In this document: one piece after another, positions 40,707 to 50,413 of the stretch
Layout of the letters: each line of letters opens with the position of its first letter
Position numbering within the stretch: position 1 is the stretch's first letter
Origin: a virus
DNA: 64,000 nt
Virus record (IMG/VR): IMGVR_UViG_2531839362_000002
Coordinates: 93 to 64,092 of that record
Strand: one strand, 5' to 3'
Position numbers and translations under genes: made by a program
Notes under the pieces: model-generated
Database searches by the model: none
The model's input: only the letters and a program-made list of their open reading frames with translations
Told to the model about the DNA's origin: nothing

Positions 40707-40859
40707 AAGAGATGATTTATTTTCATCTCTTTTTTCTTTTGCAATACAAAATAACCGTCCAACATTGAACGGTCATCTTGTATTAAAAGCTATATAAAGT
40801 TTTATCTATACATAAGTAGCATCTGTATGAAAAATAAGAAAGAAAAATTTTCAGTCTTT

Positions 40860-42707
40860 TTATTTTGTTATTTCACTTATACACTCTGCTAATTCTCTTA
40901 ATAAAATCACTTTCGGAGAAATTTCTTTCCCTTTTATGTGGTTCTCTATCTCTTTTTTAAGTTCCTTTAACACAGGTAACTCTACCGAAAGTTCTTCTCT
41001 CATGACATCTTTATAACGCCTCTCTATAACGTCAATAAAGAAGTACAAATCACGATTTTCAAGACTAAATATCGTCTCTTTTATTAATTGGAACTCTAAA
41101 ATATGAAATATCGGGATGTTTTGATATTCAACATCCATTTCCCTCCCAAATTTAGGAACATCAACTTTTATTAATTGGAACAAGTTAAAAATATCCTGTT
41201 TTTCCTTTTGTGCTTTTAACCCATCAATTGACGAACACAATTTATCCAATATTAACTTTCTATTTCCACTAGCGATTGTTCTGGCAGCTGATAAACCTTC
41301 TTCTCTATCTTCTTCATATTCAGCTTTTTCCTTAGCCTTATCTATACCACTAAGTATCGCTTCTGTAAGTTCATCAATGCTCTTATCAAAGAGTTTCAAT
41401 TTAATAAGTTCTTCAAATCGGTTATATGCAATATAATAAGTATATAAATCGCAATCTCCCTGTTCTAATTTTTCAAAAGTCAATTGAGTTAATCTCCTGA
41501 AATCTTCATCGGAATGATACCAATATTCATGCGTAAGAAATGAATTATATTTCAATTCTTTTTCACCATTTTTTGTAATTCCATCCATTTCATTTTTAAA
41601 GGTTGCTATATCAAGAATACCTTTCCTTACAAATGTTTCAATAAATTTAATATACCTAATGTTGTTTTCTTCAAGAAGATATTTCTCATCAAATGCCTTT
41701 AAAGATTTCCAAGGTTCATCTTTTACGTTATCCATTAAACGAACATGATAGAAAAATTCTTTATCTGATGTTATTTTTTCTAGACTATCACTTTCCTTCA
41801 TTCCAGAACGAATCTCAAAACTAATAGCCAATGTAAAATAAAGAATTTCTCTCATAACTTTTTCGCTAATCTTAGGATAATTCTCTTGTATCTCATTATA
41901 AATAACTTCAAAATCAAAAATTATTTGTTTTAAGATACGAATATTATTGGTATTACTACTATGAAATAATTTTTCAATTAGAACCATGTTATCCTGTAAC
42001 ATCTTTTTGCAATCCTGATTTTTCATCGAATTAACTATTTGCTCCACTACTACTGTATGATCAGGTTTATATAATAAAGTACGCCCAATAACTTTTTCCT
42101 TAATTTTCTTATATTTTTCTTTCTCTTCTATCGCTTCTTCATTCGCAATTATTATTACTTTCGCATTGCCATGTTCCACTAATTCATTTATATAGCCTAA
42201 CAACTCATTAATTGGTATTGAACTTCTTTCTAAGTCATCAAAACAAAAAACCACATCACTTAAATTTATTAATTTTTGAATATCTGTTGTTTCTAACTTG
42301 AAACTATTTGCACTAACCCCCAAAAATTTCGCATCTTTTAACCCAGAAAGAACAATACTTCCCACTTTAATCACTTTTTCATTTTTAAATGGATTAAATT
42401 TATTATTAAACAGATTAAATTTATTTTTATTTTCTCCTTTATTTTTATATAAATATAAATTTAATAAAAGTTTCTTTCTCACCTCATCAACATTAGAAAG
42501 ACCGTATAACGAGATGTATACATGTTTATATGTGTCATCGGAATTATCTTGTATAATAGGTATTTCTTCGATTTCCTCTATGAGGTTATTCTCCCAAAAA
42601 TGCGTTTTCCCACTACCCCATGCTCCATTTATAAGTACTGCATAAGACGTTTGCTCTTGTTTTACAAAACTCTTTATACTTTCTACTATATATTGACTTT
42701 GACTCAT
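40860..42707 (-). CDS. KAP-family P-loop NTPase
   Basis: VLINGAWGSGKT Walker A; FCFDDLERS Walker B; YKKIKEKVIGR. Confidence 0.85.
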   Translation of the reverse strand: MSQSQYIVESIKSFVKQEQTSYAVLINGAWGSGKTHFWENNLIEEIEEIPIIQDNSDDTYKHVYISLYGLSNVDEVRKKLLLNLYLYKNKGENKNKFNLFNNKFNPFKNEKVIKVGSIVLSGLKDAKFLGVSANSFKLETTDIQKLINLSDVVFCFDDLERSSIPINELLGYINELVEHGNAKVIIIANEEAIEEKEKYKKIKEKVIGRTLLYKPDHTVVVEQIVNSMKNQDCKKMLQDNMVLIEKLFHSSNTNNIRILKQIIFDFEVIYNEIQENYPKISEKVMREILYFTLAISFEIRSGMKESDSLEKITSDKEFFYHVRLMDNVKDEPWKSLKAFDEKYLLEENNIRYIKFIETFVRKGILDIATFKNEMDGITKNGEKELKYNSFLTHEYWYHSDEDFRRLTQLTFEKLEQGDCDLYTYYIAYNRFEELIKLKLFDKSIDELTEAILSGIDKAKEKAEYEEDREEGLSAARTIASGNRKLILDKLCSSIDGLKAQKEKQDIFNLFQLIKVDVPKFGREMDVEYQNIPIFHILEFQLIKETIFSLENRDLYFFIDVIERRYKDVMREELSVELPVLKELKKEIENHIKGKEISPKVILLRELAECISEITK

Positions 42708-42804
42708 CTTCTCTTCTCCCCATTGAATTTTTTGATTTTTTCCTTAAGCATTCAAACCCCTAAACATTGATATCCACCTTCCACTATCAAACATCCCTCT
42801 TTAT

Positions 42805-43080
42805 TTATTCTTCATATGGTCTATATTTACTACGCAAGACTTCTAATTCTTTCTTCTTCTCTTCAATGTCTTCACGTAGAAATAAACTAACTCGTTCCAT
42901 CTTCTTAAATGGCACAAGCTTACCATCTTTAATCATTTTACTAATTCTCGCTTTACTAATCCCTAAAACATCCATTACCTCTGGTGTTGTTAATACCTCA
43001 TCATGTAAAAAAGAAAGCAGTTGCTCTTTATCTTCAAACTTGTACACTTTATTCACCTCTTTTTTCTTTAAAAATCCCAT
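42805..43080 (-). CDS. Small HTH DNA-binding protein, cassette 2 regulator
   Basis: LTTPEVMDVLGISKARISKMIKDGKLVP. Confidence 0.8.
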   Translation of the reverse strand: MGFLKKKEVNKVYKFEDKEQLLSFLHDEVLTTPEVMDVLGISKARISKMIKDGKLVPFKKMERVSLFLREDIEEKKKELEVLRSKYRPYEE

Positions 43081-43246
43081 AAAGTCGTAATGACGTATTT
43101 ATTATATAAAGGACTAAAAGAATGATTAACGCGATATCCAAAACAGTTTTAAAAATACTCGCTTCGAGTGAATCTCGAAAATACGCAAAGTAAAACAGTG
43201 TAACGAAAATAATTAAGATGTTAGATGAATTACTTGTTTTCTTCAT
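43049..43246 (-). CDS. 65-aa 2-TM membrane protein, cassette 2
   Basis: Two hydrophobic helices; no SD visible. Confidence 0.7.
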   Translation of the reverse strand: MKKTSNSSNILIIFVTLFYFAYFRDSLEASIFKTVLDIALIILLVLYIINTSLRLYGIFKEKRGE

Positions 43247-43282
43247 ATTGTTTACAAATTGGCAAGTTGTTATAATGTGTAT

Positions 43283-43372
43283 AGAAGAGAGAAGGTGGGC
43301 TTCTCTCTTCCGCTCAAAATCATTTTCGTTTACGTCTGGCTGGGCGTTTTCGTTTGGTTTTGAGCTTTTTCA
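43283..43372 (+). ncRNA. Putative antisense antitoxin RNA, cassette 2
   Basis: TTGTTT-N17-TATAAT with extended TG (43248-43276); 11-bp hairpin 43284-43310; GCTCAAAA...TTTTGAGC + T5 terminator. Confidence 0.62.
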
Positions 43373-43454
43373 CTTTTTCGTGGATAACTAGGACTTTTTC
43401 GATGATTGTTAGTGCTGTAAGTACCACTCCTAGTATCAGTGCTAACTTTGCCAA
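43320..43454 (-). CDS. 44-aa YonT-like single-TM peptide with polybasic tail, putative type I toxin (cassette 2)
   Basis: TTG start, AAAGGGGG RBS: MAKLALILGVVLTALTIIEKVLVIHEKVKKLKTKRKRPARRKRK. Confidence 0.78.
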   Translation of the reverse strand: MAKLALILGVVLTALTIIEKVLVIHEKVKKLKTKRKRPARRKRK

Positions 43455-43480
43455 TTTGTTTCCCCCTTTCTTTCTATATT

Positions 43481-43516
43481 TATTATGCCACACCTATTAA
43501 CTTAAGTGAACAGGTG
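43481..43516 (-). promoter_or_regulatory. SigA promoter with an imperfect 26-bp palindromic operator
   Basis: TTCACT-N17-CATAAT; CACCTATTAACTTAAGTGAACAGGTG (22/26 symmetric; same ACTTAAGT core as cassette 1). Confidence 0.72.
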
Positions 43517-43666
43517 TTGAATTTATTTTTTAAAATATTTTTTCTACTATAAGCAGGATTTTCATTATGTATCTTTTATGTTTTTTTCCAAATAAAAAGC
43601 ACCTTATGCAGATGCTCTTTCTACTTACAAACTATTTATTTGTATCTCTTTAAAAGTTTTAATCTC

Positions 43667-44545
43667 TTATTTATATGCTAATTTTTTTTTACGCACTGAT
43701 TTTTCATATCCAATCCTTAATTCCTCTAATTCTGTCCCATAGTCTTTTCGAAACTTTTCAGTTAGCTGAATTACCATTTGGCGATAAGGCATTTCAGGAT
43801 TATTAATATATTCAAGAATGAAATCATAATTGTCTAGGATTTCTAATGTCTGTTCTTCTAACCGTTCCTTTGCCTCTGAATCAGTATCTAAATGTTTCTT
43901 GAAATAAATATTATTTTTAAAACCCGTTAATATTTGTCTTTTCTTTAAAAAAATATCCTTTGCTAATCTTTCACGAAGTTTAGTTAAATCTTTTCTATAA
44001 AGACCGTAATGTCTTATAGATAATTTCCCCTTATCTGTTTTAGATTCAATGTAACCTTTCTCAGTATATTTAATGTGATCTTCAGGAGCTTCTTCACAAG
44101 GATTTATTAACAATGGTGCTTCTTGAGAAATTTGATTTGGATTTGCAGTCCGATTATTTTCATTTACTAGAGGGAAGAAATTCCCCTTGATCTTATTACA
44201 TTTAGGACAAGATACCAATAAATTGTCCCACTTCATAGCTAACCAATAATACCCTGGATACTTCAGATTTTCTTTAACCTTTATTCTAATTGCTCCTTTA
44301 GGTCTGAAGTGTTCAATTTCTTCATAGGATATTGCTCGAATTTCACTTTCACAATATGCGCATTTCCCATGAAACATTTTGGCTAATTTTTTTACTACAC
44401 TTGGATTTTTATAAGCAGAAAAATCAAATTTTCTTGTTTGAGTTTGAAAATATGTTATTGCCTCCGCTAATTCTGTAGATCCAATAGAATTTGTGTTAGT
44501 TAAATCTAATTCTTTTGGCAATTTCCCTCTTTTGACATATATCAT
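43667..44545 (-). CDS. HNH endonuclease, Septu PtuB/TIGR02646-like
   Basis: CAYCE...IEHFRPK...YWLAMKWDNLLVSCPKCNKIK...LLINP. Confidence 0.85.
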   Translation of the reverse strand: MIYVKRGKLPKELDLTNTNSIGSTELAEAITYFQTQTRKFDFSAYKNPSVVKKLAKMFHGKCAYCESEIRAISYEEIEHFRPKGAIRIKVKENLKYPGYYWLAMKWDNLLVSCPKCNKIKGNFFPLVNENNRTANPNQISQEAPLLINPCEEAPEDHIKYTEKGYIESKTDKGKLSIRHYGLYRKDLTKLRERLAKDIFLKKRQILTGFKNNIYFKKHLDTDSEAKERLEEQTLEILDNYDFILEYINNPEMPYRQMVIQLTEKFRKDYGTELEELRIGYEKSVRKKKLAYK

Positions 44546-44553
44546 AAAAACCC

Positions 44554-46671
44554 TTACCCTTCAAAATATTCTATAGTTTCTTTAATCATCTTTTTAAAGT
44601 CCTGTTCATTATAATTGGAATTTCTATCTCGAGATTTTGCCAAGTATTCATCTACTACTTCATAAAACTTTTGTTCCCTAATCGTCGTGCCTGTTTTATC
44701 ATATTTTTCTAATTTATTTTTCAAATACCTTATCTCTTGTTTCTCTTCTGAATTAGGTTCGGGATTTGATAAAAGTAAATAATATCTATCAAATAATTCA
44801 TTTAACTCCGGCATCGTATCATACAGCCCAAAAAATTTAGATGTTAATAGCACTTCCACATTAAACCCTTTTTGCGAAGGGAGTTTTTGAGTAATATACG
44901 GATTTTTATCCTCATCTTCTAATAACACGGCAATTTCTCCATCAATAAGTCCACGAAGTGATAATGGATTATGCGATGTTGCGATAAATTGGATTTTCGG
45001 AAAAGCTTTCTTCAATCTAGATACAATTTCAATATTCCATCTAGGATGTAAATGGGCATCTATCTCATCAATTAAAACTATTCCCTCCGCATCAAAACTG
45101 CGCCATCGATTTTTCATGACCATCATTATATCAGTAGCAAGTGCAATAACAGTTTGATATCCATCACTTAATTCTTCTAATTCAACAGTTGAATTTGGTA
45201 ATCTAAAAAGTAATAACCTTTTAGATTTATTCCTAACAACTCTCACATCTTCTAAAATAACTGATTCTATAGCTCGCCTTACATTAAAAAAGTCCTCATC
45301 ACTTAAAGACAGCAAATACTCCTCTACATGTACTAATGGTATAAATGGATTAAAAAGATTACCCGTTCTTGCCCAAGTAATGTTCATACCTTCTTCCATG
45401 CTATCCCGTGGGAGTAAACGTGTAGATCCATAACCTAATAATAAAATCCTCGGTTCTTGATGGTTCTCCCCCCTAAATTCTCTCGAATATTTATTAAAGT
45501 GTAGACTAATTGGTTCCATCATCCCCGATAAATATACTTTAATATACCCCTCAGATGCATTATGTCGTAAATATTCATTAGGACTTTTATTAATTTTCCA
45601 TAATAGTTTATCTCTTTCTTTTTTCCCCATCAACGCCAGTGCAATGGCTTGTAAAATTGAACTTTTACCTATACCATTCTCACCAAGGAGCATTAACCAC
45701 GGTGCATCTTTACTTTTACTTAAAGTCAAATCAAGTTTTAAATCTTTAATAATTTTAAAATTACTAATCTCAATTTTTTCAATAAATCGTTGCACACTAA
45801 AATATTTAGATATATCATTATCATCTGTCACATTATAAAGGTTTATTTTTTTTTCCGTATCATAATACTTTCGTTTCGTTGATTCGATAAAGTTATCTTT
45901 ATTTGCGGCAACGAAATAATGCAACTCACTTTTCGTCATAATTCCCTTTAAATATTCATCTAATTCTTCAGTATACTTCATACTTCCATTTAAAATTAAT
46001 TCAGAAAGAATATGCCTTTTTAAACCAGCAAATATTGATTCTTGATTTATTTCTTTAATAATTCTTCCCATGCCCTCACCATGCCTACGTAACATACCAC
46101 TGCTCTCTATATAAAAATTACACATTTCAACAAATTGTTCAGCCTCTTCTCTTCTAGCTTTCCTCAATGAATCTCGATTTAAGTTTAATATCTCTATTGA
46201 AATATGTCCTTTTTTTGTTCGTGGGTATATGCTTCCATCACTACTATAACTAAAATGCTTCTCTGGATAGTCTCTATAAGGATTTAGTAATAACCTCTTT
46301 TCTTTAGTTAATTCTTTCTGACTTGCATTAAAAGAAGCCATCTCACCTTCTACTGGAAATCGATTACTTTTGGCACGATTACACTCTACACAAATAGAAA
46401 ATAGATTATCGATATCATTTTCCAACCAGTTATAAAGTTCCTCATGAAAAATTCCATCCATAGTATTTAGCGCACCATTTATTGGTCTATAATAATCAAT
46501 TTGTATATCTATACGTTCCATCGAATTTTCACAATAGGAACATTTCCCATTAAAACACTCCGATATTAATTTTTCTAACTCACCTTTCTCATTTAGTATG
46601 TACTGTAATCCTAGAGCTGATAATTCATTAGATAGCCAGTTTATTGCACCATTCTTATATATTCGAATCAT
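44554..46671 (-). CDS. Septu PtuA-like ABC ATPase with fused N-terminal degenerate HNH-like domain
   Basis: GENGIGKS, LSDGYQ, LIDEIDAHLHP, ATSHNP; N-terminal CSYCE...IDYYRP...CVECNRAK. Confidence 0.82.
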   Translation of the reverse strand: MIRIYKNGAINWLSNELSALGLQYILNEKGELEKLISECFNGKCSYCENSMERIDIQIDYYRPINGALNTMDGIFHEELYNWLENDIDNLFSICVECNRAKSNRFPVEGEMASFNASQKELTKEKRLLLNPYRDYPEKHFSYSSDGSIYPRTKKGHISIEILNLNRDSLRKARREEAEQFVEMCNFYIESSGMLRRHGEGMGRIIKEINQESIFAGLKRHILSELILNGSMKYTEELDEYLKGIMTKSELHYFVAANKDNFIESTKRKYYDTEKKINLYNVTDDNDISKYFSVQRFIEKIEISNFKIIKDLKLDLTLSKSKDAPWLMLLGENGIGKSSILQAIALALMGKKERDKLLWKINKSPNEYLRHNASEGYIKVYLSGMMEPISLHFNKYSREFRGENHQEPRILLLGYGSTRLLPRDSMEEGMNITWARTGNLFNPFIPLVHVEEYLLSLSDEDFFNVRRAIESVILEDVRVVRNKSKRLLLFRLPNSTVELEELSDGYQTVIALATDIMMVMKNRWRSFDAEGIVLIDEIDAHLHPRWNIEIVSRLKKAFPKIQFIATSHNPLSLRGLIDGEIAVLLEDEDKNPYITQKLPSQKGFNVEVLLTSKFFGLYDTMPELNELFDRYYLLLSNPEPNSEEKQEIRYLKNKLEKYDKTGTTIREQKFYEVVDEYLAKSRDRNSNYNEQDFKKMIKETIEYFEG

Positions 46672-46996
46672 AAACTTTTCCCCTTAATAATTTACTAGAC
46701 ACAATTTACAATTGTCCGTATAACTCACTGTTTTTAGTTTAATTATTTCAAAACTAACAAATGTAAAAGATTATAACCAATCTTCTATACATTATATTAA
46801 TATATAGAAGATTATTGGTGTTTATGATTAAAATATCTTTTAATCATAAACATTTCTTAATTTCACTAAACCCTATTTCTCATACTTTTGAAATTATTGT
46901 AACAAGTTGTTTTCATCGGTATCTCTTTGAAATATTCTCAAATTTATCTATTATTAATTATATATAATTGATAATTTTTTACAATATTAAAAAACC

Positions 46997-47500
46997 TCAT
47001 CCGCAATTGCAGAAGAGGCTCTCATTTACCTGTCTTGCTATTTTCTTTTCAGCACGTTCTATCATAGATTGTACCGTACTACATGTAACATCTAGGTATC
47101 TAGCAATCTCTCTATATGTTAAACAATATCCTCTAGACATTAAATACACTTCTTTCTCCCGTTCTGTTAACAATGATAATGCATCTTCCAACCTAATCTT
47201 ATCCCATTCACCAATTGCATGTTCTTGCTGATGATTATCCCACTCATATAAATTATCCTCCATGCTACGGAAATACCTTTGCATCAGTAACGGATCACAC
47301 GCTCTTTCTCTCTGATAAGCAGCTAACCTTTCAACCCCTCTACGAGTTCCCGGTCTTCTCGCCTTTTTCATCCATTCTAAGGAGTAAGAAATGTCGCTAA
47401 TCATATCAGTGAGAATCTTTATATCTTCCTCTTTAGCATCCTTTTGCGCCTCGCTCAATCGTCTTAAAGTCATGTTATATTGCTTAATTAAATCCTGCAT
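46997..47500 (-). CDS. Sigma-like positive control factor (PBSX Xpf-like, sigma70 r4)
   Basis: LSLLTEREKEVYLM...LTYREIARYLDVTCSTVQSMIERAEKKI. Confidence 0.8.
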   Translation of the reverse strand: MQDLIKQYNMTLRRLSEAQKDAKEEDIKILTDMISDISYSLEWMKKARRPGTRRGVERLAAYQRERACDPLLMQRYFRSMEDNLYEWDNHQQEHAIGEWDKIRLEDALSLLTEREKEVYLMSRGYCLTYREIARYLDVTCSTVQSMIERAEKKIARQVNESLFCNCG

Positions 47501-47522
47501 AACCTATCCCCTCCTTATAAAC

Positions 47523-47574
47523 AAAAAAGAACAACGTATATAGACTGTACTTCTCTACATAACAGTGTTCTTTT
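47523..47574 (-). terminator. Terminator hairpin immediately upstream of the xpf-like RBS
   Basis: AAAAGAACA...TGTTCTTTT outer stem plus an 8-bp inner stem, then a U6 tract. Confidence 0.65.
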
Positions 47575-47955
47575 ATTACTTTCATATTTAATTTCTACGC
47601 TTCTCTCACTACACAAGTGAATCCCACTTATACAGTCAGAGAAACGGAAAACCGTTCCTCATAGACACAAATCTGTAAGTGTAGCTGATGCTTCTAATTA
47701 GTTTGGTAAAGTTCAAGAGAGAAATCAAGTGTTGAGGTGCCCCACGCCTCTTTGAACCGAGGAAAGTATGATTAGCAATTGGACATTCGGAAGGAACATC
47801 CTCGGCTCAAAGAGAGGTGTAACCCTCTCCCCCGTTGGTCGGACCCTTACTTACGTTTATTCGTGAGTAAACTATAATTAATTGCCCTAGCCCGAGACGT
47901 TTAAAGAAATCAAGAAACGACATACAGTATCATTTCCGTGGCAGTTCTTATTACA
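47575..47955 (-). ncRNA. Putative highly structured non-coding leader RNA
   Basis: No ORF; 16-bp stem 47748-47763/47799-47814; further stems at 47609-47684, 47643-47656, 47812-47828 and 47847-47870. Confidence 0.45.
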
Positions 47956-47961
47956 CTATTA

Positions 47962-48005
47962 ATGATACAAGCACCTATAAAGTATTTTTTATCAATTTTT
48001 TATCA
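47962..48005 (-). promoter_or_regulatory. Putative ArpU-activated promoter
   Basis: TGATAAAAAA direct repeats (47985-47994, 47996-48005; 11-bp period) upstream of -10 TATCAT. Confidence 0.45.
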
Positions 48006-48419
48006 AAATTTTTTAATCTCTTTTTCTATCATAAAAAAAGAGCACCCTTCACGGATGCCATTTCTACTAACTTATTATTTAATTATTAAACTTTAAAAAG
48101 ATGTATTCATAGTATTTTATAAAGATTATGCTCTTTATAAAATTTTTTGATGTTCTTATTTTCTAAAGCTAAAAAAACATATAAGCTATTTAGCCCTTCA
48201 ATTTTAAATAACTATAGTAACAGTAAGTTTCGCCCTTGAAAAATTCTTCTATTAGCCATTTTACGTCCTTAAACTCAAATGTTTTAATTAAATTTTTGAT
48301 TAAAAAACCCGCACTTTGATAGTGTCCCAATTCAATAGACTTTACAATGCCCAAAAAATTCAATTACCATCTGAAATTTTTAATTATTCCTCATTTTAAA
48401 AGTTAGGTTTAATAAATCA

Positions 48420-49160
48420 TTATAAATCAAAACTACCATATTTATTAATTATTAACGTATTTACTTCCTTCAAAAATCCAAAGCACTTAATATAATCCTC
48501 AGTAATTCTCTTCAACTCAAATATAGGATGATCTGGAATGTTTATTTTTTCACCATCATCTATTCCATTATTGAAAAAATGCATGATGTGAGGATCATTC
48601 CGATGTGTAAATTTATTACGAATATTAGAAATATATTCATGGTTGCCACTCCAAGGCTTATCTATACCATCTACTTTCGTATTATCATCCTCCTTAAAAT
48701 ACGCACTTATTTTATCTTGTACTTTAATAAAATCCTTATCATTAGATTTACACCTTTCATTATTAAATACTTGTTTATAACTAACCCTATTTATTTGATA
48801 ACCTAAATCAAAAAATTCATTACAAATTTGTGCTAAAACATCCCATAAACACGCTAATCTAAATATTGCATTTTCATTATGAAAATAAGCCCAGTATACT
48901 TCTTCTGATATATCCGTAGGATTAAAATCAGAAATATTCGAGCTTTTCATCCCATCAAATAAACTTTGTTTTATTTTCGGCAATAAAGAATTGGCTTTTC
49001 TCAACCAACAATCCAAATCATTTCTTTTTCCCATATCTTGAAAATCTTCTATATTAGATCCACTAATATAAAGAATCCCTTCCTGAATTAATGTTAAACA
49101 TTTAACTTCTGATATCTTACTTTCAATATAAGCATTCTCCTGTTCAAACAATAAAATCAC
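48420..49160 (-). CDS. HEPN-domain protein (Cthe_2314-like)
   Basis: ENAIFRLACLWDVLAQI; RNKFTH (RxxxxH) motif. Confidence 0.75.
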   Translation of the reverse strand: MILLFEQENAYIESKISEVKCLTLIQEGILYISGSNIEDFQDMGKRNDLDCWLRKANSLLPKIKQSLFDGMKSSNISDFNPTDISEEVYWAYFHNENAIFRLACLWDVLAQICNEFFDLGYQINRVSYKQVFNNERCKSNDKDFIKVQDKISAYFKEDDNTKVDGIDKPWSGNHEYISNIRNKFTHRNDPHIMHFFNNGIDDGEKINIPDHPIFELKRITEDYIKCFGFLKEVNTLIINKYGSFDL

Positions 49161-49339
49161 CCTTTCTGTTTATTCAATAATTTTAACATTATCAATTTCA
49201 TATTAATATTTAATTACTCATATTTTTATTCCTTTTATGTAAAACGGCCCTCATTCTTCTATAATTTCAATTAAAAGTTACCTAAACAAACTTCCTCATC
49301 ATACGCACAGCGTTCCGTGTTTATATTATCTCGTTCCTT

Positions 49340-49582
49340 TCAATATGGCCTATCATAAAGAGTTTTACCAGAATACACCCTCAGCTGTTCAATAGCTACC
49401 TTTCGTGCATTCTCTTCACTATCTATCAAAGAAAACCCTTGATTGATAGCGCTCCAAAACTCATATCCGCAATCTTCCATCCACCTATAAACTTCCGTTA
49501 TATACAAACCATCTTTTCGTTTTATAATTTGGACTTTGTATAGCTTACTTTGTGAAAAATATTCTTTTACAACTTGTTCCAT
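49340..49582 (-). CDS. Hypothetical protein (80 aa)
   Basis: AAAGAGAG RBS; protein-like composition. Confidence 0.65.
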   Translation of the reverse strand: MEQVVKEYFSQSKLYKVQIIKRKDGLYITEVYRWMEDCGYEFWSAINQGFSLIDSEENARKVAIEQLRVYSGKTLYDRPY

Positions 49583-49828
49583 AATTTTATTCTCTCTTTA
49601 CAAATATTTTTTCATTTAATTTACAAAAAAGAAGCCAACTATTTATATAGATGACTCACTCTGATTAATTATAGGGTTAGAATTTTTCACGTAATCCTTC
49701 TAATACGCTTTCTTCTCTTCAATATCTGTGGATAAAAATATATAATATTATTACTAAAAGAAATAAGAATATGATTATCATGCTCAAGGTGCATAATAAT
49801 CATATTCTCCTTTTTTATTTCTCCATAT

Positions 49829-50413
49829 TTATGCAAATGATTCAATTAAATTAACAACATTACTATAAGGTGACGTAAGAAGATTAGTGTTACTCTGCAA
49901 TAATTTTTTATTATTTATTATCGCCTTTCTATAGTTTCCCGCAACGTCACTTAACAATATAACATCACTCTTATGGTCTTCGTATTTTTTAATATTTAAA
50001 TATCGTTGAAGTTTTCTATAAACAATTCTTCTATCACAGTTGGTGCTTGAATCTATACATTCAAAATGCAATAATAACCAAACCTCAAAGCTACAATTAG
50101 TAAAAGCTACTTCTATACCACTTCGCTTTGCACGAGCAACTGTTGATGAAATCTCATTCGGAGTTAAATCATCTTTATCAAATACAATCCAAATATTTTC
50201 CACATCTTTAGCACCTTTAGTACAAGCGATCGCATAATCTAATAAATTTTGACTGGACTGACCTACCCCTTTAATATTCACTTTAACCGTTGCAGCTTTC
50301 AATTGTTGTTTAATTGCATTTAAATAATGAACTTCAGTCTCTTTTCCTTCACAAAAAATATATATTGTTTTTTTTACTTGCTTTCCTTTTCTACCCCTAG
50401 TCGGTAACCCCAT
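49829..50413 (-). CDS. rloB: RloB-family protein (Toprim-like)
   Basis: IYIFCEGKETEVHYL, IVFDKDD, NCSFEVWLLLHF. Confidence 0.85.
   Translation of the reverse strand: MGLPTRGRKGKQVKKTIYIFCEGKETEVHYLNAIKQQLKAATVKVNIKGVGQSSQNLLDYAIACTKGAKDVENIWIVFDKDDLTPNEISSTVARAKRSGIEVAFTNCSFEVWLLLHFECIDSSTNCDRRIVYRKLQRYLNIKKYEDHKSDVILLSDVAGNYRKAIINNKKLLQSNTNLLTSPYSNVVNLIESFA

Noticed and set aside
43667-47960. Retron (PtuAB plus msr-msd)
   Set aside because: No reverse transcriptase in the window, and the structured RNA sits upstream of xpf rather than ptuA
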